DNA of 64,000 bases, from contig JAQBRH010000002.1 in the NCBI GenBank assembly GCA_028286565.1, positions 17,876-81,875 of the forward strand, written 5' to 3'. The notes beneath the pieces were generated by a model. That model searched no databases. It saw only the letters and a list, made by a program, of their open reading frames with translations, and was not told the DNA's origin. The position numbers and the translations under genes were made by a program. This stretch comes from Parcubacteria group bacterium (GTDB lineage Bacteria > Patescibacteriota > Minisyncoccia > Phycocordibacterales > Zambryskibacteraceae). Shown piece after piece: positions 47,031 through 56,315 of this stretch. The first letter of the stretch is position 1; every line of letters starts with the position of its first letter.

Positions 47031-47818
47031 ACGGCGTCGAGCTCGCGGATACTATCCTTCTAGGATTGAAAAGTGTGAAGAAAGAGCCAAAGCGCATGAC
47101 GTTTGTTATGTTCGATCCCTCTCCCGCCATCCTTTCCTATATCGCAAGGAAAGAGCGGGCGGGGAAGCTCCTCGGCGTCGACACGGTGAGGATCGAACGG
47201 ACTCCCCGGACTACGGAGGAAGCCGTTTCTATTATTGAAGACTTGAATGCCACAGACACGAACGGAATTGTTATCCAGCTTCCGCTTCCGGAGGGGATAG
47301 ATACAGGCGCGGTCTTAGACGCGCTCGAGCCCGACCTCGATGTGGATATCTTGGGTTCTGAGGCCAAGCGAAAGTTCATGGCTCGAGAAATACATCGCCT
47401 GCCGCCCGTTGCCGGCGCGGTATGGGAAATGCTCACCCGCGAGAAGGTCGCTCTCGAAGGATCGAGGATCGTGGTTCTTGGCCGGGGACGTTTGGTGGGG
47501 GAGCCGGTCGGGATGCTTTTTGAAAGAGAAAAGGTCCCTTTTGAATATATAGATATCCATACATCCAAAGAAAAAACCATCGAACTCCTGGCCTCCGCGG
47601 ACATCATCATTTCGGGAATAGGCGTGCCTCATTTTATTTTGCCCGAGATGGTCAGGGAGGGAGTGGTGATCATCGATGCTGGGACGAGCGAATCGAACGG
47701 CAAGCTCGCGGGGGATATGCATCCGGATACGGCAAAAAAGGCCCTGCTCTACACACCCGTCCCGGGCGGAGTCGGCCCGGTAACCGTCGCCATGCTCTAC
47801 AAAAATCTCTTTATCTGA
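47009..47818 (+). CDS. folD: Methylene-THF dehydrogenase/cyclohydrolase
   Basis: YI..K, QLPLP, DVD, GRG.LVG.P, TPVPGGVGP.TVA. Confidence 0.92.
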   Translation: MERTKQINGVELADTILLGLKSVKKEPKRMTFVMFDPSPAILSYIARKERAGKLLGVDTVRIERTPRTTEEAVSIIEDLNATDTNGIVIQLPLPEGIDTGAVLDALEPDLDVDILGSEAKRKFMAREIHRLPPVAGAVWEMLTREKVALEGSRIVVLGRGRLVGEPVGMLFEREKVPFEYIDIHTSKEKTIELLASADIIISGIGVPHFILPEMVREGVVIIDAGTSESNGKLAGDMHPDTAKKALLYTPVPGGVGPVTVAMLYKNLFI

Positions 47819-47938
47819 TTAATGCGATAGATAAAGATTCGGGCGGGGGAAAGAAGGGAACAAGCTGTCCCAAAACATAAAGCCCAAAATGACAAGAGTG
47901 ATCAGGATGACAAGGGTCAAAACGAACGGTTTCTTCAT
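47819..47938 (-). CDS. Small single-TM protein (39 aa, not in ORF track)
   Basis: TATACT 6 nt upstream; MKKPFVLTLVILITLVILGFMFWDSLFPSFPRPNLYLSH. Confidence 0.55.
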   Translation of the reverse strand: MKKPFVLTLVILITLVILGFMFWDSLFPSFPRPNLYLSH

Positions 47939-48005
47939 GTGGTAAGTATAGCTCCAAGCTGCAATCTTGAAAATCCGAAGTTTTCTGTTATTGTGTAGGC
48001 CTACT

Positions 48006-48077
48006 GGCCCTATCGTCTAACGGTTAGGACGGGACCTTCTCAAGGTTCAAATCAGAGTTCGATTCTCTGTAGGGTCA
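48006..48077 (+). tRNA. tRNA-Glu (CTC)
   Basis: GGCCCTA/TAGGGTC acceptor stem, GGACC-TTCTCAA-GGTTC anticodon arm, GTTCGATTC; CCA not encoded. Confidence 0.93.
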
Positions 48078-48171
48078 CACTATTTTGTATGATTGTTTAG
48101 CCGCTTTTTCAATCTTTTAAGATGTGCTAAGGTATTCTCGGAATCAGTACCCATCTCTATCCCGAGGAAAA

Positions 48172-48519
48172 GTGACCAGGAAACGAGACCTCTCGAACAT
48201 CACCCTCCGCCATTTCATTCGAGTGAATGACGGAGACGAAGGACCGACGGTAACCGAGCTTCGAAATCTCGGAGTGAAGATCAACCCGCAGATGATGACG
48301 TGCGTGAACGGGTCGAATCTCCAGAAGCATTGCGAGCTCATCCATGCAAGTGAAGAGGTGATCATCGCCCTCCAGACTGATCGGAGGAAAAAACACCTCA
48401 AGTTCGAGGTCTATCGGCTCAAGACCGACGGCAAGGCTCATCTCCACAAGACGAGGCTCGTACCCCGGGTCTCGGCTCCGGAACCGAAGAAGCCCGTCCG
48501 GCGCCCCAAGGCGAACTAA
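48172..48519 (+). CDS. Hypothetical protein (paralog A)
   Basis: GAGG before GTG 48172 (start uncertain; frame open from 48124). Confidence 0.6.
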   Translation: MTRKRDLSNITLRHFIRVNDGDEGPTVTELRNLGVKINPQMMTCVNGSNLQKHCELIHASEEVIIALQTDRRKKHLKFEVYRLKTDGKAHLHKTRLVPRVSAPEPKKPVRRPKAN

Positions 48520-48579
48520 CCCGAAGTGTTTTCCTTCAAATTTGGTAAAATAGAAGAAGACTCATACGAGAGGTGGAGC

Positions 48580-48918
48580 ATGCGCAAGCAAGATCCGAAA
48601 GGAGTACGGCAGTGGTATGTCCTATGCATCGACACGGACACGAATGATTCGGTCCGGAGGCTGATCTATGAAGAATACGCCCACACGAACAAGCGCTGCG
48701 CGGACAAGGTTCACCGCGATCTGTGGGAGGTAAGCCACGTGGACTATCGGCGGATCATGGCGTCGCGAGTTTCCGGCGGATTCAAGCTCGAAGTCTACTT
48801 CGACACGAGCGACGGCGGGCCGATCCTCCGCCATCACTTCGAGAAAGAGAGCACGTCGGCGGTCGAGTATGTGCGAAAAATGCTCGCCGCTCGTGCGGCC
48901 CGGCCCGCACCCCGATAA
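48580..48918 (+). CDS. Hypothetical protein (paralog B)
   Basis: GAGGTGGAG before ATG 48580 (start uncertain; frame open from 48526). Confidence 0.6.
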   Translation: MRKQDPKGVRQWYVLCIDTDTNDSVRRLIYEEYAHTNKRCADKVHRDLWEVSHVDYRRIMASRVSGGFKLEVYFDTSDGGPILRHHFEKESTSAVEYVRKMLAARAARPAPR

Positions 48919-48970
48919 CCGGGGTGTTTTTATTTTAGAAAAGTCTTGCGTGATACAATGAATATCGATC

Positions 48971-50323
48971 ATGCAACTCTTTCCCCGGAAGAAATCTTCT
49001 CCTAGACATATCAATGATGTTTTCTTCGACCCAAAACGGCAGACCCTCGATCTCAGGGAGAAGACATGGAAGCTCGAATTGAGCCGCAACAAAGTTCTCG
49101 GTTTTTTCAGACATCACGTATGGATGTCGCTTGCCTCACTCATCCTCTTTGTCGGCCTTGTGGTTCTGATCTGGGGCAAGCCTTCCCAAACAAAAGCAGA
49201 CACAATTGTTTTCTATCCTTCCTCATGCCTGGGAGGCTGGAAGAATCCCGACCACGCGGCGGGCAAGCCCGAAGGGGAAAGCGGGAAAAGGGATGATGAT
49301 TTTACGAACCAAAACTCCTCAGTCCTTTCGAACTCCTCGTCTCAGATATTCTGCGGAAGTTTTAAAGGAGAGATTCCTCCTGCCACCACTCCCCAAAAGA
49401 TCATCCTTTCTTTCTATTGGAGACTAAAGGCAGTCGAAGACCCCATCCCGGCTCCCGCCGTCATCACCGACGAGAATGCGAACTCGACACTCGAAGTTAT
49501 TCTTGATACTCCTTCTACCACTCCGACGAGCATTACCAATGAAGTTCCCCCTGCGCCCGAACCGGTTCCGGAATCTTCTCCTGAAACTCCAATTGATCCT
49601 GTTTCTTTTTTCCGCACATTTATACCCGTCGCCTACGCTGAGGAAGTTGCCACTACGACCCCAACTTCTACTCCGGAGGTCCTGCCTGCATCGGACGAAT
49701 TTCTGGAAGTATTGTATACCCTCGACGGTTCGGAGTGGGTTTCCCTCGGCAAGATAAAAGCCGCGGATCTTTCGGCGGCCCGCTTCGAGATTCCCGCTTC
49801 AGCGTATTCAAGGTGGACCGATTTGGCAAAACTCCAGATGCAAATACGCTCTCTCCCGACGTTCGATAATCCAGGCGCACTTTACCTCGACGGTATGGTT
49901 CTTGAGGTTTCGTATGGAGAAGTGGACAAGATACAAGAGGCGTATGAGGATCAGAATAAGCCTCATATAAAAGGCGATGATGCCACCACTACACCTCTTC
50001 GCATTACCGCCGGGTTGGATCAAAATAATATAGAGATACTTAAAATATCGAGCGACTCGGACACGTTGGGAGGCATTGATGTTTACAACGCCGTAACGGA
50101 CACGCTTGTGCTAACAGCCAACCCCGATCAAACTTCGTCATACGAAGTTTCGGTCCTCTACTTTACGCCGGGCGTCTATACGCTTCTCCGGCGGGATTCT
50201 CAAACTTCCTGCAATAACCTTTCGCTTAAGGCCTGTAGATTTCAAGAAGGGTTTAAAGATGAAACGATGTTTCAAATCATTGCTCCCGTGGCTTCTTCTA
50301 CACCTGAAGATATGAATCCATAG
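48971..50323 (+). CDS. Membrane-anchored extracellular protein
   Basis: TM, FYPSSCLGGW.N, Pro/Thr linkers, Y.LDG..W, YLDGM.LEV.Y. Confidence 0.75.
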   Translation: MQLFPRKKSSPRHINDVFFDPKRQTLDLREKTWKLELSRNKVLGFFRHHVWMSLASLILFVGLVVLIWGKPSQTKADTIVFYPSSCLGGWKNPDHAAGKPEGESGKRDDDFTNQNSSVLSNSSSQIFCGSFKGEIPPATTPQKIILSFYWRLKAVEDPIPAPAVITDENANSTLEVILDTPSTTPTSITNEVPPAPEPVPESSPETPIDPVSFFRTFIPVAYAEEVATTTPTSTPEVLPASDEFLEVLYTLDGSEWVSLGKIKAADLSAARFEIPASAYSRWTDLAKLQMQIRSLPTFDNPGALYLDGMVLEVSYGEVDKIQEAYEDQNKPHIKGDDATTTPLRITAGLDQNNIEILKISSDSDTLGGIDVYNAVTDTLVLTANPDQTSSYEVSVLYFTPGVYTLLRRDSQTSCNNLSLKACRFQEGFKDETMFQIIAPVASSTPEDMNP

Positions 50324-50337
50324 TATGATAGAATCAC

Positions 50338-51420
50338 GTGAAGTTAAAAAATAAAAAACTTGCGGCAAGCAGGATCTTTAATGGGATACTCCTTCTCCTT
50401 TTAACTCTGGCTCTCGGCACATATGTTTTGGCTGCCACTCCCAATCCCGGACATCCATGGGCGGAAGTAGGGAACGGAGATTTTCAAGTGACCGGTGCGA
50501 CAGCTATGCGCACATATACGGTTCCCGATGCCAGTGCTACTCTTCTTACCACAAATGCCCTTGTAACTTCCGCTCAGGGCGGGACAGGGAACGGCTTTAC
50601 TAAATTTTCAGGTCCAACGACAGCCGAAAAGACGTTTACTCTGCCCGATGCGAGCGCCACAGTCCTTACATCGAGTGCCGCGGTGACCCTGGCTCAAGGA
50701 GGCACCAATGCGGCGATCACTGCGGTGAACGGGGGCATAGCGTACTCGACCGCTTCCGCCCTGGCTCTGAGTGCCGCCGGATCTGCGGGCCAGATCCTTC
50801 AGTCCGGAGGTGCCGCCGTGCCTACCTGGTCGACCGCGACATATCCGGCCACGGCAGGTACGGCAGGGAATCATCTTGTCTCAAACGGTACAAACTTTGT
50901 CAGTGCTGCTCAAATGCCGGCTTTTTATGTCGGACAAGGCGTGGCACCGACAGCCGCCTCCGTGACCACAAATGTGACGAACGTTACGTATTTTATATAT
51001 TTAGGCAAGGCCACTAAGGCCTTCACGAGCTGCAATGCCGCCTATCGCGTTACGACAGTTCCGGCGGGCACCTTAACATGGGCAGAGATAGGTATTGCTA
51101 AGGGTACTCCCGCCCTCAACGCAGCTAGCGCCATGACTCGCCTTGGATTCGCCGATGTTTCGGGGGTTGTGACAAGCGCCGTGGTCAAGAAAACCGCCAT
51201 CACCGTCTCGTCTGTGACTATTGGAGACGACTTGTGGTTTGCCTGGGGAGGGCAGTATGTTACTACTCAGTGGCAAGGTCGCGCCACGCTTCAAGATGAT
51301 ATCCAAAGCGGCGTAGTGCAGCAGTTTGCCGGCAGATTTTCTACTATGGGCGCTGCGGCAGCCTCTACCTTGAGCGCGAACACGCTCTTGCCCTTAGAAG
51401 TTGCCGTTAGCTGTACCTAA
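50338..51420 (+). CDS. Secreted fibre-like protein with tail-fibre-type repeats
   Basis: Signal peptide, PNPGH, duplicated T.PDASAT.LT...VT.AQGGT unit, GQIL.S.G...PTW. Confidence 0.7.
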   Translation: MKLKNKKLAASRIFNGILLLLLTLALGTYVLAATPNPGHPWAEVGNGDFQVTGATAMRTYTVPDASATLLTTNALVTSAQGGTGNGFTKFSGPTTAEKTFTLPDASATVLTSSAAVTLAQGGTNAAITAVNGGIAYSTASALALSAAGSAGQILQSGGAAVPTWSTATYPATAGTAGNHLVSNGTNFVSAAQMPAFYVGQGVAPTAASVTTNVTNVTYFIYLGKATKAFTSCNAAYRVTTVPAGTLTWAEIGIAKGTPALNAASAMTRLGFADVSGVVTSAVVKKTAITVSSVTIGDDLWFAWGGQYVTTQWQGRATLQDDIQSGVVQQFAGRFSTMGAAAASTLSANTLLPLEVAVSCT

Positions 51421-51421
51421 T

Positions 51422-52408
51422 ATGCGAAGGCTGAATACAGTCATTTCTTGCTACGTGGTATTGCTATTTTTGATACCACAATTTGTTTTCGCAGCACTTT
51501 CGTGCTCGATCACTACCGCAGCCGCATGCACGAGTCCGAGCGCGATCATCTTGCGCATGTCAGCGGCCTCGAATGCGCATGCGGAGCTTCCGGGTCAGTC
51601 GACCGCCGGGTATGCGTCGAACGTCGTCTGCTGTACTGGCGGCACGGGGCTTGGGACGAGTTGCTCGGGTACTTTTGATACCGTCGCAAAACTGTCTGCG
51701 GTAACAAATGCCCATATCCAGCAAAATACTCAAAGTGGATATGCACAGAATGCTTGTATGTCGGTAACATCCGGAACAGTAAGCATTGGATATGTATCAG
51801 GGAGTTGTACAGGCTTCGATACGACACTTGCCTCTATGTCAGCAACGACAAATGCTCAGATGGGCAGTCCAGCGACATATACTACAAGAATTTGCGGATC
51901 AGCCGCGGCCGCCGTGACTCAAAACTTATCCTTCGCGCTTTCAGCGAACACTATTGGATTCGGCACGCTGTCTTCCGCCGCCGCCCGCTATGCCACGTCG
52001 GACTCATTGGGAAGTGCGTCTGAGATCGAAGCCCATACCCTGAGCGTTTCGTCGAATGCGGCAAGCGGATATGCGGTCACCGTTATGGGGGCGACCATGA
52101 CCTCTTCACAAAACGTCTCGAATACCATCACCGCGCTGGCCGCCAACACCGCATCATCCGCAGGTACGGAGCAGTTCGGCCTCCGCATGACGGCCGCGGG
52201 AGGCGTGGGTTCCGTGACTGCGCCGTATGCCGCGGCGGGATTTGCGTATGCGGGTACTGCGGGAACGGCAAGCCAAGTGGCCGCGGCGGGAACAGGGGAC
52301 GGGGTATCGACGGTCTACTCAGTTCGATATCTTGCAAACGTCGGCGCAACAACGGAATCCGGGACATACTCTTCGAGTCTTGTATATGTGGCCACAGCCA
52401 ATTTTTGA
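51422..52408 (+). CDS. Secreted protein: Cys-rich NAH repeats plus WxL-like C-terminal domain
   Basis: C-domain FALSANTIGFGTL...EQFG...YVATANF shared with next gene. Confidence 0.75.
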   Translation: MRRLNTVISCYVVLLFLIPQFVFAALSCSITTAAACTSPSAIILRMSAASNAHAELPGQSTAGYASNVVCCTGGTGLGTSCSGTFDTVAKLSAVTNAHIQQNTQSGYAQNACMSVTSGTVSIGYVSGSCTGFDTTLASMSATTNAQMGSPATYTTRICGSAAAAVTQNLSFALSANTIGFGTLSSAAARYATSDSLGSASEIEAHTLSVSSNAASGYAVTVMGATMTSSQNVSNTITALAANTASSAGTEQFGLRMTAAGGVGSVTAPYAAAGFAYAGTAGTASQVAAAGTGDGVSTVYSVRYLANVGATTESGTYSSSLVYVATANF

Positions 52409-52484
52409 TTCTTATCCCCAGTGTGTCGGAATGTTTAAGCTTTTGTGATAATATTTAGAAGTAAATAGCCCCTTAATCAATCAG

Positions 52485-53534
52485 ATGAAATCTCCATTTA
52501 ATAAAGTGTTTTACATCTTTGCATGTCTCCTTCTAATTTTTTCAAACGTCTCTCTCGCTTCCGCCGCCGCCTTGACCTCTTTCTCGGATACAATGTCCAG
52601 ACAAACCATCAGCACGAACTCGAGCCATGTCCTCAAATTTACTACCCCCACCGGTGTGGCGATCAGCCAGACAGTGAAATACACCTTCCCGACCGGTTTC
52701 AATTTCACTAGCTCAACCTTCGCAAACGTCACTATCAGCTGGGGTACCACTACCGGCCTCGAAAACTCGACTACTACCGCCTCTTCTAACTCCGCTACGG
52801 CTTGGGGCGCGGCCTTCTCCGGTTCGAACAATGTAGTGTTGACCTTGACCGCCCCTTCAGGCGCTGGAAATAACATTCCCGCCGGCAAGATCATGATCGT
52901 TACCATCGCAAGCACCAATTCCGTCAACCCCTCGGGCGCCACTACCTATTCTATCGGCGTTATCGGCAGCTTCGGCGATACGGGAACGACCACGGTAAAT
53001 ATTATCGGAGACGATACGGTCGCAGTTTCCGGCACGGTCCCTCAGGCCATCACCTTTGCCATCTCCGCTAATACCATCGGTTTCGGCACCCTCGATTCCG
53101 GCGCCGCACGATATGCAAATACGACCACAGGTTCAGCCTCTGACGTCGTTGCTCACACCCTGGCCGTTTCAACCAATGCGCCTACCGGCTATACCATTAC
53201 TGTCCAAGGAGCAACTCTTACCTCTCAACAAAATGTGGCGAACACCATCACGGCCATAGGCGCAAGCCCCGCTACGTCGAGCACGGGGAATGAGCAGTTC
53301 GGTATCTACGCCTCCAAGGCCGGAGGCACGAACGGTACCATCGCTTCTCCGTACGTTACCGTTTCGTCGTTCGGATATAACGCCACCGCGGGCTCTGCGG
53401 CGACCTTTGCTTCCGGTACGAGCGCCACCGCCACCGAGACCTACTCCCTCCACTATTTGGCGAACATCGCCCCTACCACCGAAGCCGGCACATACGCCGC
53501 AAGCCTCGTTTATGTAGCCACTGCGAACTTTTAG
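52485..53534 (+). CDS. Secreted WxL-like domain protein
   Basis: Signal peptide; FAISANTIGFGTL...TNAPTGY...EQFG...AGTY...YVATANF. Confidence 0.75.
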   Translation: MKSPFNKVFYIFACLLLIFSNVSLASAAALTSFSDTMSRQTISTNSSHVLKFTTPTGVAISQTVKYTFPTGFNFTSSTFANVTISWGTTTGLENSTTTASSNSATAWGAAFSGSNNVVLTLTAPSGAGNNIPAGKIMIVTIASTNSVNPSGATTYSIGVIGSFGDTGTTTVNIIGDDTVAVSGTVPQAITFAISANTIGFGTLDSGAARYANTTTGSASDVVAHTLAVSTNAPTGYTITVQGATLTSQQNVANTITAIGASPATSSTGNEQFGIYASKAGGTNGTIASPYVTVSSFGYNATAGSAATFASGTSATATETYSLHYLANIAPTTEAGTYAASLVYVATANF

Positions 53535-53546
53535 GGCCTACGCCGC

Positions 53547-54515
53547 ATGAAAATCTCCACTTTTATCCGAATCGTGCTGGTAAGTCTTTTCGTGGTCGTG
53601 CCTATGAGAAGGACAATGGCTTTAACTGTTTCTCCGGCCAAGATCGAGATCAGCGCCGATCCCGGTACGACGGTCAGCGGAGAATTTTTAGTGGTAAACG
53701 AAGAAGGGGGGATCAAAACCTTTTATACTTCGTCCGAGAATTTTGAGGCCCAAGGGGAAACCGGCACGCCGAGTTTTGTGCCGGGGGAGAAGGACCTCGC
53801 GTCCTGGACCAAGGTCATTTCGGAAGTGACTCTGGGGAAGGGAGAGCAAAGGAAAATACCTTTTACTATTTCTGTTCCCAATGGAGCTGAAGCGGGGGGC
53901 CATTTTGCGGCAATTTTCCTCAGTACCATTCCACCGGCGAATTCTTCTAATCAGGTGTCGGTGGGATCGAAGATCGGCATCCTCCTCCTTCTGCGAGTTA
54001 GCGGTCCTTTGAAAGAGGGTGGGGGACTCCTCGAATTTTCAACGGAAAATAATAAGCATTTTTATACATCGCTACCGGTGCTCTTTTCCTATAGGTTTCA
54101 AAATTCCGGAAATGACCGCGTAAAGCCGAACGGCACCTTGAAGATCAAGAATTCTCTCTGGCTGACCTCGTATGAAGGATCGGGAAATCCGAGCGAAGGA
54201 AATATTCTTCCGGGAAGCGTCAGAAAATTCAGCCTTGAATGGAAGAAAAATGAGACCTCAGGAGACCCGGTCGGATTCATGGGTGCGCTAAAGAATGAAT
54301 GGAAAAACTTTGCTTTTGGGTTCTATACCGCCCATTTGGACCTTCAGTACGGCTCTACGCCCGATACCGCTTCGCTTTCCACGACGTTCTTCGTGCTCCC
54401 ATGGCACGTCCTGTTGATCGGGCTCGGCATCCTTATCGTTCTTCTCTTTATTTTCTCTCGAATCGTTAAGCGATATAACCGATGGATCATAGAGAAATCT
54501 CGAAGCGCGCTCTAG
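53547..54515 (+). CDS. DUF916/WxLIP-like (PapD-like fold) membrane-anchored protein
   Basis: LTVSPAKIE...PG, FTISVP..AEAGGH.A, F.N.GN....P.G, ILPG..R, C-terminal TM. Confidence 0.75.
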   Translation: MKISTFIRIVLVSLFVVVPMRRTMALTVSPAKIEISADPGTTVSGEFLVVNEEGGIKTFYTSSENFEAQGETGTPSFVPGEKDLASWTKVISEVTLGKGEQRKIPFTISVPNGAEAGGHFAAIFLSTIPPANSSNQVSVGSKIGILLLLRVSGPLKEGGGLLEFSTENNKHFYTSLPVLFSYRFQNSGNDRVKPNGTLKIKNSLWLTSYEGSGNPSEGNILPGSVRKFSLEWKKNETSGDPVGFMGALKNEWKNFAFGFYTAHLDLQYGSTPDTASLSTTFFVLPWHVLLIGLGILIVLLFIFSRIVKRYNRWIIEKSRSAL

Positions 54516-55426
54516 CCCTTCTTGTCTTTGGTGTCCTAGGCTTCTTCGCTCGCTCGGCATCAGCGCAAGTTATTACCGTGCATAGCACGACGACGGTAAG
54601 CATCACCGCCGAAGTGATCGATCCGAATGCTCCCACGCCAACTCCGACCCCAACCCCCACTCCTGCTCCCGCCGGCGGAGGGGGAGGCGGGGGCGGGGGA
54701 GTTTCTATGGCCGGACAGGTAAAATTTTCCGGGAAGGCCTATCCTGGAACTCTTGTGACATTGCTTGAGAACGCGCGCATCGTAGGCACGACGAGGTCGG
54801 AGAGCGATGCGAGTTTTGCTGTAATGCTCGACGGAGTGAATACCGGGGCGTATGTGTTCAGCCTCTTTTCCGAAGATTATCAAGGCAACAGATCTTCCCT
54901 TGTCACATTTTCCGTCGCCGTATCCGGAGCCGGGATCACGTATGTGTCGAATATTTTTATCGCCCCGACCATTAGCGTGGATAAACAGCAGGTGAAGCAG
55001 GGAGATCCGCTGAAGGTGTTCGGGCAGAGTACTCCGGGCGCGGATATCGGCCTGACAGTGCATTCAACGAACGAGCTTTCGTATACCACCCACACGGACT
55101 CCCAGGGTATTTATCTTTTTACCGTCGATTCATCAAAGCTTGAATTCGGCGATCATTCCACCCAATCCCGGGCATTCCTCAACACTGACGAAAGCTTTCT
55201 CTCCAAGTCCCTCAGTTTCCAGGTCGGACTAAAGAATATCCTGGCGGTGGCCGGGTTCGGTCTCAAGGGGGATCTTAACGGCGACGGCAAGGTAAATCTC
55301 ATCGACTTCTCTATCATGGCGTATTGGTATAAGCGGGCTAATTTCCCCCTAAAGGTCGATTTGAACACCGACGGCAAGATAAATATTACGGATTTCTCGA
55401 TCATGATCTATAACTGGACCGGCTAA
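54482..55426 (+). CDS. Ig-like protein with C-terminal type I dockerin
   Basis: PT linker, Gly run; GDLNGDGKVNLIDFS...DLNTDGKINITDFS. Confidence 0.85.
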   Translation: MDHREISKRALALLVFGVLGFFARSASAQVITVHSTTTVSITAEVIDPNAPTPTPTPTPTPAPAGGGGGGGGGVSMAGQVKFSGKAYPGTLVTLLENARIVGTTRSESDASFAVMLDGVNTGAYVFSLFSEDYQGNRSSLVTFSVAVSGAGITYVSNIFIAPTISVDKQQVKQGDPLKVFGQSTPGADIGLTVHSTNELSYTTHTDSQGIYLFTVDSSKLEFGDHSTQSRAFLNTDESFLSKSLSFQVGLKNILAVAGFGLKGDLNGDGKVNLIDFSIMAYWYKRANFPLKVDLNTDGKINITDFSIMIYNWTG

Positions 55427-55427
55427 T

Positions 55428-56315
55428 ATGAAAAAAATACTTATACTCTGTTTTTTGGCACTGGCGCCTTTTATTGTTCGGGCCGCGGAGTTTTCAAGCG
55501 TGGTGAATTCCGGGAAAAACGTCGAGGCGCGTACTGCCTTCTCGGTAGAGCTTTTACTCGAACCCAAAGGCACGGTGAACGGCATACAAGGAACGGTCAT
55601 CCTGCCGGTCGGGCTTTCGGTCGCAGATATACGCTTTGACCGGTCGATCATTCCCTTGTGGGTAGAGAGTCCTCATGCGATCCGGTCCGGGGATCATGAA
55701 GAGATCGTATTTTCCGGACTTGTTCCCGGAGGATTTTCAGGTTTGCTGAGTCCGTATTATCACGGATCCCGCCCGGGAACGCTGTTCACGATCCGCGCGA
55801 CGGCTTTGAACGAAGGCGTATATGAGATCTTATTTAAGGGCATGACATATCTCCAAGATGGCCAAGGCACGGAGTCATCCGTTCCGCCCTTGACGGCGAG
55901 CATAACCGTAGGTCCGCACAGAGGCGGGGAGGCGGAGAAACGCATCGACACCACCGTCCCGGAGGCGTTCTTGCCCGTGGTATCAAAGTCTCCGCTCATC
56001 TTCAACGATCGCTGGTTCGTCTCTTTTGACACCAAGGATACCGAATCAGGGATCAATTATTATGAAGTGGCGGAGGTGCAGCCGGGCTCCTTCGGCGAGC
56101 CGCTGTGGAAGCGCGCCGCAAGTCCCTACGAGCTCAAGGATCAAACCCTCGAGAGCGTCGTCTATGTCCGAGCCGTAGACCATGACGGCAATATGATAAC
56201 CGAAGAAGTCCGTCCCCAGAATAAAGGAACAAAAGCACATCCGTGGATTATTTCAGGTATACTTTTGTTAGCGATCCTCCTCTTTATTTCGCGGAGAAAG
56301 CTATATGAAAAATAA
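55428..56315 (+). CDS. Cohesin-like domain membrane-anchored protein
   Basis: VNGIQG, S...LWVE.P, FSG..PGG, DGQGT; C-terminal TM. Confidence 0.75.
   Translation: MKKILILCFLALAPFIVRAAEFSSVVNSGKNVEARTAFSVELLLEPKGTVNGIQGTVILPVGLSVADIRFDRSIIPLWVESPHAIRSGDHEEIVFSGLVPGGFSGLLSPYYHGSRPGTLFTIRATALNEGVYEILFKGMTYLQDGQGTESSVPPLTASITVGPHRGGEAEKRIDTTVPEAFLPVVSKSPLIFNDRWFVSFDTKDTESGINYYEVAEVQPGSFGEPLWKRAASPYELKDQTLESVVYVRAVDHDGNMITEEVRPQNKGTKAHPWIISGILLLAILLFISRRKLYEK

Noticed and set aside
54630-54700. C-rich/G-rich tract as G-quadruplex or phase-variation site
   Set aside because: Explained by the in-frame Pro-Thr linker and Gly run; homopolymers are short.
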